Origin: a bacterium
Lineage (GTDB): Bacteria; Patescibacteriota; Minisyncoccia; Minisyncoccales; CG1-02-41-26
NCBI GenBank assembly: GCA_030616605.1
Contig: JAUWWY010000002.1
Location: 184,867-224,477 of the forward strand
Direction of reading: 5' to 3'
Length of the DNA stretch: 39,611 nt
Shown here piece by piece: positions 16,834 to 26,203 of this stretch (position 1 is the stretch's first letter; every line of letters starts with the position of its first letter). Both the position numbers and the translations under genes were made by a program. The notes under the pieces are model-generated. The model made no database searches. It saw only the letters and a list, made by a program, of their open reading frames with translations, and was not told the origin of the DNA.

Positions 16834-19539
16834 ATGCCATTTATTCAAGGGGGAGATTTTACCCACAAATCACAAGAAATAATGATTAAGGCTCAGACCG
16901 TTGCTAAAAATCACGGCCAACAGCAGATTGATGCTTTGCATCTTCTTCAGGCTCTTCTTGAAGAAGAAGAGAGTATTGTTTTAACATTGCTCAAAAATAC
17001 GGAGATTGATATAGAAGATTTAAAAAGAAAAACCCAAAAGGCAATTCTTCAAATTCCTTCTCTTTCTGACCCCCAAGTTACTGGTCAAATTTATCTTACA
17101 CAAGATTTAGCTCGGACCCTGGATAAAGCAAGGCAGGAGGCAATGAAAATGGGAGATGAATTTATTTCTATTGAACATTTATTTTTGGCTCTTTTAATGG
17201 TTAATACTGCAGCCCAAAAAGTTTTAGAAACTGCAAGATTTTTAGTTTCTAATGCTCCCGCTTCTTTAGATAGAGAAACTATTTTGAAACAACTTTCTGA
17301 GATTCGAGGTGGTGAAAGAGTTATTGATCCAAAACCAGAATCAAAATACGAAGTGGTTAAAAAATATACCAGAAACTTAACTGATTTAGCCAAGGATGGA
17401 AACATTGATCCGGTTATTGGCCGAGAATCAGAAATTAGAAGGTTAATGCAGGTTTTGTCCCGAAGAACAAAAAATAACCCGGTTTTAATCGGAGAAGCTG
17501 GAGTCGGCAAAACTGCAATTGTTGAGGGTTTGGCAAAAAAGATTACCACTTTAAATGTTCCAGAAAGTTTAGGAAAAAAGGAAATAATTGCTTTGGATTT
17601 AGGAGCTTTGGTTGCTGGTACAAAATACAGAGGAGAATTTGAGGCAAGAATTAAAGCTTTTTTGCGAGAATTAAAAAGAGCTAATGAGCAATATATTTTA
17701 TTTATTGATGAGCTTCATACTTTGGTTGGAGCTGGGGCAGCCGAAGGAGCAATTGATGCTTCAAATCTTTTAAAACCAGCTTTAGCAAAAGGGGAGCTTA
17801 GAGCAATTGGTGCTACCACTTTGAAAGAATATCAAAAATATATTGAAAAAGACCCGGCTTTAGAGAGAAGATTTCAGCCAATTTATGTTGCCGAACCTTC
17901 AATTGAAGATACACTTTCTATTTTACGGGGAATAAAAGAAAAGTATGAACTTCATCACGGAGTTAAAATTAAAGACGCAGCTCTTAAGACTGCTGTAGAA
18001 TTAAGTAATCGTTACATTACTGACAGATTTTTACCAGATAAAGCAATTGATTTGATGGATGAAGCAGCTTCGGTTTTAAGATTGGAGATAGAATCAGAAC
18101 CTTCAGAACTTGAAGAGCTCCGTAATCAAATTACCAAGCTGGAAATAGAAAAAGAGGCTTTAAAAAAAGAAAATTCACCCGGAGTGAACTCAAAAAGATT
18201 GAAGGTAATTGAAAGAAGTTTAGCTGACTTAAAAGAAAAAGCAAAAAGTTTGAAAGCTAAGTGGGATTCTGAAAAAGATTTAATTTTAAAAATTAAAAAC
18301 CTAAAAAGAGAGATTGATGACCTTTACTTTCAAATAGAAATTGTCCAGCGAGAAGGTGATTTGCAAAAGGTTGCTGAATTGACGTACGGTAAAATTCCAA
18401 GCTTAAAAAAAGAAACAAATCTTGCCGAAAAGAAATTGCGCGATCTTCAGAAAACGAGTCATCTCTTAAGGAAAGAGGTAACTGAAGAAGATATATCTCA
18501 GGTTGTTTCCCTTTGGACAGGAATTCCAGTGACAAGATTAATGGAGGGTGAAGCAAAAAAATTGGAAAAAATGGAGGAGATTTTGAAAAGGCGGGTTATT
18601 GGTCAGGACCAGGCAATTTTTATTGTTTCCAATGGTATCCGAAGAGGAAGAGCGGGGATTTCTGAAGAAAATCGGCCGATTGGTGTTTTCCTTTTTTTAG
18701 GACCAACAGGTGTCGGAAAAACCGAAACAGCCAAAGCTTTAGCTGGGTTTTTATTCAATACTGATAAGGCTCTTATCAGATTGGATATGTCAGAATACAT
18801 GGAAAAATACAGTGTTTCAAAGATAATCGGTTCTGCTCCGGGCTATGTCGGTTATGAGGAAGGAGGCCAATTAACCGAGAAAATTCGCCGGCGTCCTTAC
18901 AGCGTGGTATTGTTAGACGAGATTGAAAAGGCTGATACTGAAGTCTTTAATATTTTGTTACAAATTTTTGAAGACGGTAGATTAACCGATGCCAAAGGAA
19001 GAGAGGTTTCTTTCAAAAACACGATTATCATTATGACTTCTAATATTGGCTCAGAATATATTTCTGGAATGCAGACTTTAGGTTTTGAACAAAAAAGCGA
19101 GGAGAAAATATCCCAGACAAAACAGCTTAAAGACAAAGTTTATCAGAGCTTAAAAGAATTTTTTCGGCCCGAATTTTTGAACCGAATTGATGAAACCGTA
19201 ATATTCAATTATCTGGGTAAAAAAGAAATTAGAAAAATCGTTGATTTAGAATTAAAGAAAGTTAAAGAGAGATTGAGAAAAACAAAAGACATTAAAATTA
19301 GATTTTCCAAATCTTTAAAAGATAAGTTAGCCGAGCAAGGATTTGATCCAAATTTAGGGGCAAGACCTTTAAAAAGAATTATTCAGAAATTGATTCTTAA
19401 TCCTTTGTCTTTGAAAATCATAACTTTTCAGATTGAACCGGAAAGCAGAGTTTATGTTGATTTAGAAAAAGAAACAGTTGTCTTTCAAGTTTCTCAAGCT
19501 GTTTCTCAAAGAAAAAGGGAAGAAGCTTTAGTAAAATAA
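16834..19539 (+). CDS. clpB: ATP-dependent chaperone ClpB
   Basis: Clp N repeats, two AAA modules ([16 protein letters not shown]), long coiled-coil middle domain, GARPL. Confidence 0.92.
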   Translation: MPFIQGGDFTHKSQEIMIKAQTVAKNHGQQQIDALHLLQALLEEEESIVLTLLKNTEIDIEDLKRKTQKAILQIPSLSDPQVTGQIYLTQDLARTLDKARQEAMKMGDEFISIEHLFLALLMVNTAAQKVLETARFLVSNAPASLDRETILKQLSEIRGGERVIDPKPESKYEVVKKYTRNLTDLAKDGNIDPVIGRESEIRRLMQVLSRRTKNNPVLIGEAGVGKTAIVEGLAKKITTLNVPESLGKKEIIALDLGALVAGTKYRGEFEARIKAFLRELKRANEQYILFIDELHTLVGAGAAEGAIDASNLLKPALAKGELRAIGATTLKEYQKYIEKDPALERRFQPIYVAEPSIEDTLSILRGIKEKYELHHGVKIKDAALKTAVELSNRYITDRFLPDKAIDLMDEAASVLRLEIESEPSELEELRNQITKLEIEKEALKKENSPGVNSKRLKVIERSLADLKEKAKSLKAKWDSEKDLILKIKNLKREIDDLYFQIEIVQREGDLQKVAELTYGKIPSLKKETNLAEKKLRDLQKTSHLLRKEVTEEDISQVVSLWTGIPVTRLMEGEAKKLEKMEEILKRRVIGQDQAIFIVSNGIRRGRAGISEENRPIGVFLFLGPTGVGKTETAKALAGFLFNTDKALIRLDMSEYMEKYSVSKIIGSAPGYVGYEEGGQLTEKIRRRPYSVVLLDEIEKADTEVFNILLQIFEDGRLTDAKGREVSFKNTIIIMTSNIGSEYISGMQTLGFEQKSEEKISQTKQLKDKVYQSLKEFFRPEFLNRIDETVIFNYLGKKEIRKIVDLELKKVKERLRKTKDIKIRFSKSLKDKLAEQGFDPNLGARPLKRIIQKLILNPLSLKIITFQIEPESRVYVDLEKETVVFQVSQAVSQRKREEALVK

Positions 19540-19562
19540 TTGGTTTTTCAGATTGAAAAGGG

Positions 19563-19591
19563 TTGACAATCCTTTTCAAATTTGTTAATAT
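19563..19591 (+). promoter_or_regulatory. Sigma70-type promoter lying in a 13-bp inverted repeat
   Basis: TTGACA (19563-68), 17 nt, TGn-TAATAT (19586-91); ttgaaaagggttg-a-caatccttttcaa at 19553-19579. Confidence 0.65.
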
Positions 19592-19596
19592 TGAAA

Positions 19597-19684
19597 TTGT
19601 GAGGGTCAAATTCATCTTTTTAAGATGGATTTTCCAAAAGAGTCTGCGGAAGACCTCCTGGTAATTGGGAGGTCTTTTGCTTTT
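19597..19684 (+). ncRNA. Candidate small RNA 1, family unknown
   Basis: Downstream of a promoter; 11-bp hairpin 19608-19632 and terminator hairpin 19646-19680 plus TTTT; G-U pairs favour the + strand; no ORF. Confidence 0.5.
19646..19684 (+). terminator. Intrinsic terminator
   Basis: gcggaagacctcc-tggtaattg-ggaggtcttttgc-tttt. Confidence 0.75.
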
Positions 19685-19689
19685 AATAC

Positions 19690-19719
19690 TTGCCTTCTTG
19701 GGTAAAATTGGCATATAAT
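19690..19719 (+). promoter_or_regulatory. Sigma70-type promoter
   Basis: TTGCCT (19690-95), 18 nt, TATAAT (19714-19). Confidence 0.6.
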
Positions 19720-19724
19720 AAAAT

Positions 19725-19787
19725 TGGGTCGGGAGCAGGCCCTCACAAAAGACTTTGGAGGAAAAACCCTCCCGGCCCATTCCTTTT
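19725..19787 (+). ncRNA. Candidate small RNA 2 or structured murB leader
   Basis: 11-bp stem tgggtcgggag/ctcccggccca closing a 33-nt loop, followed by ttcctttt; begins about 6 nt after TATAAT. Confidence 0.5.
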
Positions 19788-19823
19788 CATTCGCAGTATT
19801 CGAATTTCATTCGCATTAATTTT

Positions 19824-20729
19824 ATGGAGTTTAAAAAAAATGTTCTGTTGAAAAATTATACCACCTTTAAAATTGGGGGAAGAGCAAAATATTTTTTAAA
19901 AGCAAAAACAAAAGAAGAACTAATTAAGGCAATTAAGATTGCTGAGCAAAAAAAATTGCCTTTTTTTATTTTGGGCAAAGGAAGTAATTTATTGGTTTCT
20001 GATAAAGGATTTAATGGATTGGTAATAAAAATAGAAACTAGAGACTACAAACTAGAAACTGACAAAATTTATGCCCAGGCCGGAATAGAACTAGCCCAAA
20101 TAGTAGATTTTGTGGCAAAAAAATCGCTTACTGGTTTAGAATGGGCAAAAGGGATTCCCGGAACAATAGGAGGAGCTATTTTTGGAAATGCTGCTGCTTT
20201 TAAAAATTCAATAGGAAATTTTATTGAAGAAGTAGAATGTCTTGAGATTGAACCCTCTTTAAAGGTTCAACCCCCCAAAATTAGAATCTTCAATAATAAA
20301 GATTGTGAGTTTAACTTCAAAGATAGCATTTTTAAAAAAAACAAAAATCTCATAATTCTCGCTTGTATAATTCAGCTAAAAAAAGGAGACAAGAAAGAGA
20401 TTAAAAAAAAGATGAAATATTTTTTAAATTATAGAAAAAGAAGTCAACCTTTAAAATTTCCCTCAGCTGGCTGTGTGTTTAAAAACCCCCTTAGAATTCC
20501 GACAGCAGAATTAATTGATAAATCTGGCTTAAAAGGGAGAAAAATTGGCAGAGCCATGATTTCCAAGAAGCATGCGAATTTTATTATCAATCTGGGAGGG
20601 GCTGAGGCAAAAGACGTTTTAAAACTGATTAATTTAATAAAAAAAGAAGTCAAAGAGAAATTTAGAATTGAACTTGAAGAAGAAATATCAAAAGTAGGGG
20701 TTGACATCTCTTCTTATAATTTGGAATAA
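19824..20729 (+). CDS. murB: UDP-N-acetylenolpyruvoylglucosamine reductase
   Basis: YTTFKIGG.A, LGKGSNLLV.D, GIPGTIGGA, PSAGCVFKNP, SKKHANFIIN, LEEEI; start at MEFKK. Confidence 0.95.
   Translation: MEFKKNVLLKNYTTFKIGGRAKYFLKAKTKEELIKAIKIAEQKKLPFFILGKGSNLLVSDKGFNGLVIKIETRDYKLETDKIYAQAGIELAQIVDFVAKKSLTGLEWAKGIPGTIGGAIFGNAAAFKNSIGNFIEEVECLEIEPSLKVQPPKIRIFNNKDCEFNFKDSIFKKNKNLIILACIIQLKKGDKKEIKKKMKYFLNYRKRSQPLKFPSAGCVFKNPLRIPTAELIDKSGLKGRKIGRAMISKKHANFIINLGGAEAKDVLKLINLIKKEVKEKFRIELEEEISKVGVDISSYNLE
20032..20060 (+). repeat. Degenerate 7-bp tandem repeat in murB
   Basis: tagaaac tagagac tacaaac tagaaac; one unit matches the pth repeat read on its coding strand. Confidence 0.75.
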
Positions 20730-20822
20730 TAATATAATAACTAAAATTTTTTGAGCAGATAGCTAAAGCTCAAGGGGCAAAAAGTCGACTATTTGCTAAA
20801 AATTAAATATTTCTAAAAACAA

Positions 20823-20876
20823 ATGCCAGCAAAAAAGAAAAAAAAGAAAGTCGCAAAGAGAAAGAAGAAGAAATAA
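20823..20876 (+). CDS. Putative 17-aa lysine-rich peptide MPAKKKKKKVAKRKKKK
   Basis: ATG..TAA frame made almost only of AAA/AAG codons, after TTGACA (20701) and a structured leader, followed by hairpins; below the ORF-track cutoff. Confidence 0.55.
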   Translation: MPAKKKKKKVAKRKKKK

Positions 20877-20963
20877 GAACCTGCTCGCTTCGTTCGCAGA
20901 ACCTTGTTTTCGGCAAGGTAAAAGATTGTATTCCGAAAATAGAAACATTTTAGAAAGCTTTCT

Positions 20964-21016
20964 AAAGTCTCGTTCTCTGCTCTATCTGATTTCTTAGAGA
21001 ACGAGACTTTTTATTT
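20964..21016 (+). terminator. Intrinsic terminator-like hairpin
   Basis: Perfect 15-bp arms aaagtctcgttctct / agagaacgagacttt followed by ttattt. Confidence 0.7.
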
Positions 21017-21043
21017 GCATTTTTTTTAAATTTCAGTTAATAT
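21015..21043 (+). promoter_or_regulatory. Possible promoter for hpf-secA
   Basis: TTGCAT, 17 nt, TAATAT. Confidence 0.4.
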
Positions 21044-21064
21044 TTATTTGTAAAAAATTTTAAG

Positions 21065-21502
21065 ATGAGAATAGTCATTAAAGCAACAAAAGTAAATCTG
21101 ACAGAGAATTTGCGAGAATTGATTCAAGAAAAAATTTCAAGTTTAGAAAAATTCTTAGAAGAAATTTTAGAAAAAGAAGATATTTTTGATGGTCAAAAGC
21201 CGAGAACAGAAGCTTTCGTTGAGGTCGGTAAACCCTCAGCTCATCATAGAAAGGGAAAGGTTTTTTATGCCGAATGTCAGATTCCTCTACCCGGAAAAGA
21301 ATTGAGAGCAATAGCTGAAAGAAAAAGTTTGGAAATGGCAATTACTGAAGTTAAAGATGAGTTGCAGCGTCAGTTAAAAAAGTACAAAGGAAGTCAAAAA
21401 GCTCAACAGAAAAGAAATCAAAGAAGAGCAAAAAAAGATTTCAAAATTTCAAAATCAGCTAGATTTTATAGAAAAGGAAGAATAAGAGAAGAAGGAATGT
21501 AG
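21065..21502 (+). CDS. hpf: Ribosome hibernation factor (HPF/RaiA family)
   Basis: MRIVIKAT..LT..L...I.EKI..L, FYAE, AI..VKD.L.RQLKKYK; directly upstream of secA. Confidence 0.85.
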   Translation: MRIVIKATKVNLTENLRELIQEKISSLEKFLEEILEKEDIFDGQKPRTEAFVEVGKPSAHHRKGKVFYAECQIPLPGKELRAIAERKSLEMAITEVKDELQRQLKKYKGSQKAQQKRNQRRAKKDFKISKSARFYRKGRIREEGM

Positions 21503-21506
21503 AATT

Positions 21507-23978
21507 ATGAAATTTTTATCTAAACTCTTAGGTGATCCAAACGAGAAATATTTTAAAAAACTTCAGCCCATTATTGATAAGATAAACAGCCTCGAACCAG
21601 AGTTCGAGCATTTTTCTATTTCTGAACTTCAAGAAAAGACAAAAGAATTTAAAGAAAGATTGAGAAAAGCCGAGACTTTAGACGATTTACTGCCAGAAAC
21701 ATTTGCTTTAGTTAGAGAAGCATCAAAGAGGACCCTTAATCAACGGCATTATGATGTTCAGTTATTAGATGGAATTGCTCTCCATCAAGGAAAAATTACT
21801 GAAATGAAAACAGGAGAGGGAAAGACTTTAGCTGCAACTTTGCCGGTTTATTTAAATGCTTTACTTGGCAAAGGTGTTCATATTATTACGGTTAATGACT
21901 ATTTAGCAAGAAGGGATATGGTCTGGATGGGACAGATTTACCATTTATTGGGTTTGTCAATTGGCTGTTTGAATAGCGAGCAGAGTTTTTTATACGACCC
22001 GGATTATAAAAAACCAACCGAAGAAAAAGAAAAAATTAGAGATGAACTCGGTAGTTTTTATATTGTTGAAGATTTTTTAAGACCTTGTTCCAGAAAAGAA
22101 ACTTATTTAACTGATATTGTTTATGGCACTAACAATGAATTTGGTTTTGATTACTTAAGAGACAATATGGTTCCCGATTTAAAAAATAAAGTTCAGCGCG
22201 ACTTTCATTATGCTATTTTAGATGAAGTTGATTCTATTTTAATTGATGAAGCAAGAACTCCTTTGATTATTTCCCAACCCGATTACGAGGCATCAAAAAT
22301 GTATAAAGAATTTTCAGGGATTGTTCCAAGACTGAAAGAAAATCTTGATTATAATATTGATGAAAAAATGAAGGCGGCGAGCTTAACCGAGGAGGGAATT
22401 GAAAGAATTGAAAAAATTTTAGGAATTGGAAATATTTATCAGGAAAAAGGAATAAGATATCTTCACCATTTAGAACAAGCCCTGAGAGCCAAAGTTTTTT
22501 TCAAAAAAGACAGAGATTATATTGTCAAAGAGGGGAAAGTAGTCATTGTTGATGAATTTACTGGTCGTTTGTTGCCGGGAAGAAGGTATTCAGGTGGTTT
22601 ACATCAAGCAATTGAAGCAAAAGAGAGAGTTGAAGTGAAGCCGGAATCAAAAAGTTTAGCTACTATTACTTTCCAGAATTATTTTAGACTCTACCAAAAA
22701 TTAGCCGGAATGACTGGAACAGCCCAAACTTCCGGTGAAGAGTTTGAAAAGGTTTATGGTATTTCCGTTGTTGTAATTCCTACTAATAAGCCAATGATAA
22801 GAAAAGATTTATCAGACAGAGTTTACAAAAACGAATTTGGTAAATTTAAAGCAATAGTCAAGGATGTTAGGAAAAGACATCAAGAAGGACAGCCGGTTTT
22901 AATTGGAACGACCTCAATTGAAAAAAATGAGCTTTTAACCAAGATGCTCTTGAGAGAGGGGATTTCCTGCGAAATTTTAAACGCCAAACAGCACCAGAGA
23001 GAAGGAGAAATTATAGCTCAAGCTGGTAAAAAAAGAGCGGTGACAGTAGCTACTAATATGGCTGGAAGAGGAGTTGATATAATTTTGGGTGGAAATCCAC
23101 CAGATTTAAAAGAGGCAGAGGAAATTAAAGCGATTGGAGGTCTTCATGTTATCGGAGTTCAGAGACATGAGGCCAGAAGAATTGACAACCAATTACGGGG
23201 TAGAGCCGGAAGACAGGGCGATCCTGGCTCTTCTCAATTTTTTGTCTCTTTGGAAGATTCACTTATAAGAATATTTGGCGGTGAGAGGATAAAAAATTTA
23301 ATGACCAGTTTAAATATCCCGGAAGACCAAGCAATTGAAGCAAAACTTCTTTCCGGGGCGATAGAAAAAGCTCAAGCCAGGGTTGAAGGAACAAATTTTG
23401 ATATAAGAAAGCATGTTTTAGAATACGATGATGTTATCTCAAAACAGAGAAATAAAATTTATTTTCAAAGAAAAGAAATTTTGGAAAAAGATTACCAAAA
23501 ACTTCGGAATTTTATTTTAGAAGTTATTGAAAATGAGATTAAAAGAATAATTGAAGCCCATCAAGAAAATGGATTTGATTTTGAAGAAATTTTTGAGGAG
23601 TTAAAAACAATTTTACCTTTGCCTGATGAAATTCATGTTAAATTGAAAGATTTTTTAGAAAGTCAAGAAATGTTTGAATTTCTGGCAGGGTTAACTAAAA
23701 AATATTTTACCCTCAAGGAAGAAAAAGAGGGTAAAGAAAATATGGAAAAGATTTTAGACTTTATTTGCTTAAGAACAATAGATATCTTTTGGTCCGAACA
23801 TTTGGAAACAATGGAACATTTAAAAGACTCAGTAAGATTACGAGCTTATGGGGGAAGAGATCCTTTGGTTGAATATAAAACTGAAAGCCACCGAATTTTC
23901 CAAGAGCTTCAAAAAACCATTGATTTTCAAATTGCCCGCACAGTTTTTAAACTAACCTCCTCTCAAGGAGCTCGATAA
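21507..23978 (+). CDS. secA: Preprotein translocase ATPase SecA
   Basis: EMKTGEGKT, TVNDYLA, DEVDSILIDEARTPLIIS, ATNMAGRG, QLRGRAGRQGDPG. Confidence 0.98.
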   Translation: MKFLSKLLGDPNEKYFKKLQPIIDKINSLEPEFEHFSISELQEKTKEFKERLRKAETLDDLLPETFALVREASKRTLNQRHYDVQLLDGIALHQGKITEMKTGEGKTLAATLPVYLNALLGKGVHIITVNDYLARRDMVWMGQIYHLLGLSIGCLNSEQSFLYDPDYKKPTEEKEKIRDELGSFYIVEDFLRPCSRKETYLTDIVYGTNNEFGFDYLRDNMVPDLKNKVQRDFHYAILDEVDSILIDEARTPLIISQPDYEASKMYKEFSGIVPRLKENLDYNIDEKMKAASLTEEGIERIEKILGIGNIYQEKGIRYLHHLEQALRAKVFFKKDRDYIVKEGKVVIVDEFTGRLLPGRRYSGGLHQAIEAKERVEVKPESKSLATITFQNYFRLYQKLAGMTGTAQTSGEEFEKVYGISVVVIPTNKPMIRKDLSDRVYKNEFGKFKAIVKDVRKRHQEGQPVLIGTTSIEKNELLTKMLLREGISCEILNAKQHQREGEIIAQAGKKRAVTVATNMAGRGVDIILGGNPPDLKEAEEIKAIGGLHVIGVQRHEARRIDNQLRGRAGRQGDPGSSQFFVSLEDSLIRIFGGERIKNLMTSLNIPEDQAIEAKLLSGAIEKAQARVEGTNFDIRKHVLEYDDVISKQRNKIYFQRKEILEKDYQKLRNFILEVIENEIKRIIEAHQENGFDFEEIFEELKTILPLPDEIHVKLKDFLESQEMFEFLAGLTKKYFTLKEEKEGKENMEKILDFICLRTIDIFWSEHLETMEHLKDSVRLRAYGGRDPLVEYKTESHRIFQELQKTIDFQIARTVFKLTSSQGAR

Positions 23979-24009
23979 ATCAAGCTTAATAGATTAGAAT
24001 AAGATAAAG

Positions 24010-25266
24010 ATGAGAAAAAGAAAAATTTATATTAATTTAATAATAATTATTGTCTTGGCTTTTTTTGCTTTGAATACAGCCTTTCCTAATATTAAACTTC
24101 CTTATTTTCCGGAAAAACCATTTAAACTGGGATTAGATTTACAGGGAGGAACTCATTTGGTTTATCAAGCCGACTTATCAAAAATTGAAGAAGATGAAAG
24201 AGGGGAGGCAATGCAAGGCTTAAAAGATGTTATTGAAAGAAGGGTTAATCTTTTCGGGGTGGTTGAACCCAAGGTTCAGCTTCAACAAACCCCTGAACAT
24301 CAGCGGCTGATAGTTGAATTGCCTGGAGTTAAAGATGTTACTCAAGCCATAGAAATGATAGGAAAGACCCCTTATCTTGAGTTCAAAGAGGAAATAGAAG
24401 AAGAACCTTATTTTCTAACAACTAAATTAACCGGTCGCTATCTAAAAAAAGCCCAATTAGCTTTTGACCAGACAACTTTTGAGCCTCAAGTTCTTTTAGA
24501 GTTTAATTCAGAGGGTAAAGAAATTTTTAAAGATTTAACCACCAAAAACGTTGGCAAAAGATTAGCTATTTTTATTGACAATGTTTTAATTTCAGCTCCA
24601 GTGGTTCAGGAAGTAATTTCTGGCGGTAAAGCTCAAATTACCGGTAGGTTTACAAACGAAGAAGCTAAAGAATTAGCCAGAAATTTAAATGCTGGAGCTT
24701 TGCCTGTCCCAATTAAATTAATTTCTCAAAATACAATCGGACCCATCTTAGGAAAGATTTCTTTGGAGAAATCTTTAAAAGCAGGGATAATTGGTTTTTT
24801 GGCTGTATTTTTATTTATGATTATTTTTTATAGGGTTTCTGGAATTCTGGCTTGTATGAGTTTGATAATCTATGCTGGAATTTTACTCTCTCTTTTCAAG
24901 CTGGTGCCAGTGACTCTAACCTTAGCTGGAATTGGAGGGACTATTTTATCGGTCGGGATGGCAGTTGACGCAAATGTTTTGATTTTTGAAAGAATGAAAG
25001 AAGAACGAAAGGAGGGGGAGGGTTTTTCGCGAGCAGTTGAAACAGGATTTTCCCGGGCTTGGCCTTCAATCAGAGATAGTAATCTGACTACTTTAATTGT
25101 TGCTTTGATAATGTTTAGTTTCGGGACATCATTTGTTAAAGGATTTGCTTTAACTTTGAGTTTTGGAATTTTAGTCAGCATGTTTTCTGCTTTATTTATT
25201 GTCAGAACTTTTTTAAGAAGTTTCATGGGAACAAGGTTGGAAAAAGTAAAATGGCTCTGGGGATAA
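24010..25266 (+). CDS. secD: Protein translocase subunit SecD
   Basis: LGLDLQGG, ERRVN..GV.EP, GALPVP, GMAVDANVLIFER. Confidence 0.96.
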   Translation: MRKRKIYINLIIIIVLAFFALNTAFPNIKLPYFPEKPFKLGLDLQGGTHLVYQADLSKIEEDERGEAMQGLKDVIERRVNLFGVVEPKVQLQQTPEHQRLIVELPGVKDVTQAIEMIGKTPYLEFKEEIEEEPYFLTTKLTGRYLKKAQLAFDQTTFEPQVLLEFNSEGKEIFKDLTTKNVGKRLAIFIDNVLISAPVVQEVISGGKAQITGRFTNEEAKELARNLNAGALPVPIKLISQNTIGPILGKISLEKSLKAGIIGFLAVFLFMIIFYRVSGILACMSLIIYAGILLSLFKLVPVTLTLAGIGGTILSVGMAVDANVLIFERMKEERKEGEGFSRAVETGFSRAWPSIRDSNLTTLIVALIMFSFGTSFVKGFALTLSFGILVSMFSALFIVRTFLRSFMGTRLEKVKWLWG

Positions 25267-25267
25267 T

Positions 25268-26170
25268 ATGTATATTCCATTTATAAGACATCGCAAAATA
25301 TTTTATATAATTTCTGTTATTTTGGTCAGTTTGGCCATAATCAGTGTTTTTGTCTTTGGGCTGAAATTAGGTATTGATTTTACTGGAGGGAGCTTACTCA
25401 GCTTAAATTATAAAAACCAGATTCCAAGTTCCTTAGAGATAAGAGAAAGTTTAAAAGAACTTGAATTAGGAGAAATTGTGGTTCAGCCGGTAGGAGAAAA
25501 GGGAATTCTCTTAAGGATGAAAGATGTTTCAGAAGAAAACCATCAGAAAATTTTGGAGAAGCTGAAAAAATTAGGAGAAATTGAACAAGGTTCTGAGAGT
25601 TTTCAGTCAATAGGACCGGTAATTGGCCAAGAACTTACCCAAAAAACAAAAATTGTCGTTTTTTTAGCTTTATTAGCCATTTTAATTTACATTGCTTTTA
25701 GTTTTAGGAGAATTTCTCGCCCGGTTAAATCCTATGTCTATGGATTGACAAGCTTAATTGCTCTTTTTCATGATGTTTTAATTCCTATTGGCATTTTTGC
25801 CGTCTTGGGTAAATTCTATGGAGTAGAAATAACCATTCCCATAATTACCGCCTTTCTGACCATTTTTGGTTATTCCATCAATGACTCGGTAGTTGTATTT
25901 GACAGAGTAAGGGAAAACCTTTTAAAATTAAGAAAAAGCAACTTTGAGCTTTTGGTTGAAAAAAGTTTGAATCAAACCCTGACCCGCTCTTTAAGTACTT
26001 CTTTAACCACCTTATTTGTTCTTTTTTCCATCTTTTTCTTTGGTGGTCAAACCTTAAAATATTTTTCTTTAACCTTGATTTTAGGAATTATTCTTGGCAC
26101 TTATTCTTCTTTATTTTTAGCCACCCCTCTTTTAGTAAGCTTTTATAAATTTAGAGAAAGAAATAGTTGA
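25268..26170 (+). CDS. secF: Protein translocase subunit SecF
   Basis: LGIDFTGG, ALFHD, GYSINDSVVVFDRVRE, GTYSS. Confidence 0.96.
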   Translation: MYIPFIRHRKIFYIISVILVSLAIISVFVFGLKLGIDFTGGSLLSLNYKNQIPSSLEIRESLKELELGEIVVQPVGEKGILLRMKDVSEENHQKILEKLKKLGEIEQGSESFQSIGPVIGQELTQKTKIVVFLALLAILIYIAFSFRRISRPVKSYVYGLTSLIALFHDVLIPIGIFAVLGKFYGVEITIPIITAFLTIFGYSINDSVVVFDRVRENLLKLRKSNFELLVEKSLNQTLTRSLSTSLTTLFVLFSIFFFGGQTLKYFSLTLILGIILGTYSSLFLATPLLVSFYKFRERNS

Positions 26171-26203
26171 CACTTGATTTTAGTTATGGTTAAATGGAAA
26201 AAC

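Noticed and set aside
19597-19787. Assignment as tRNA, tmRNA, SRP RNA or 6S RNA
   Set aside because: No TTCRA T-loop, tag reading frame, SRP GGAA/AGCAG domain or long rod with a central bubble
19418-19823. 120-aa minus-strand ORF and the 23-aa murB extension from TTG 19755
   Set aside because: Both run through promoters and RNA stems; MurB similarity begins at ATG 19824
26167-26196. Promoter at TTGACA after secF
   Set aside because: No convincing -10 hexamer at 16-18 nt spacing
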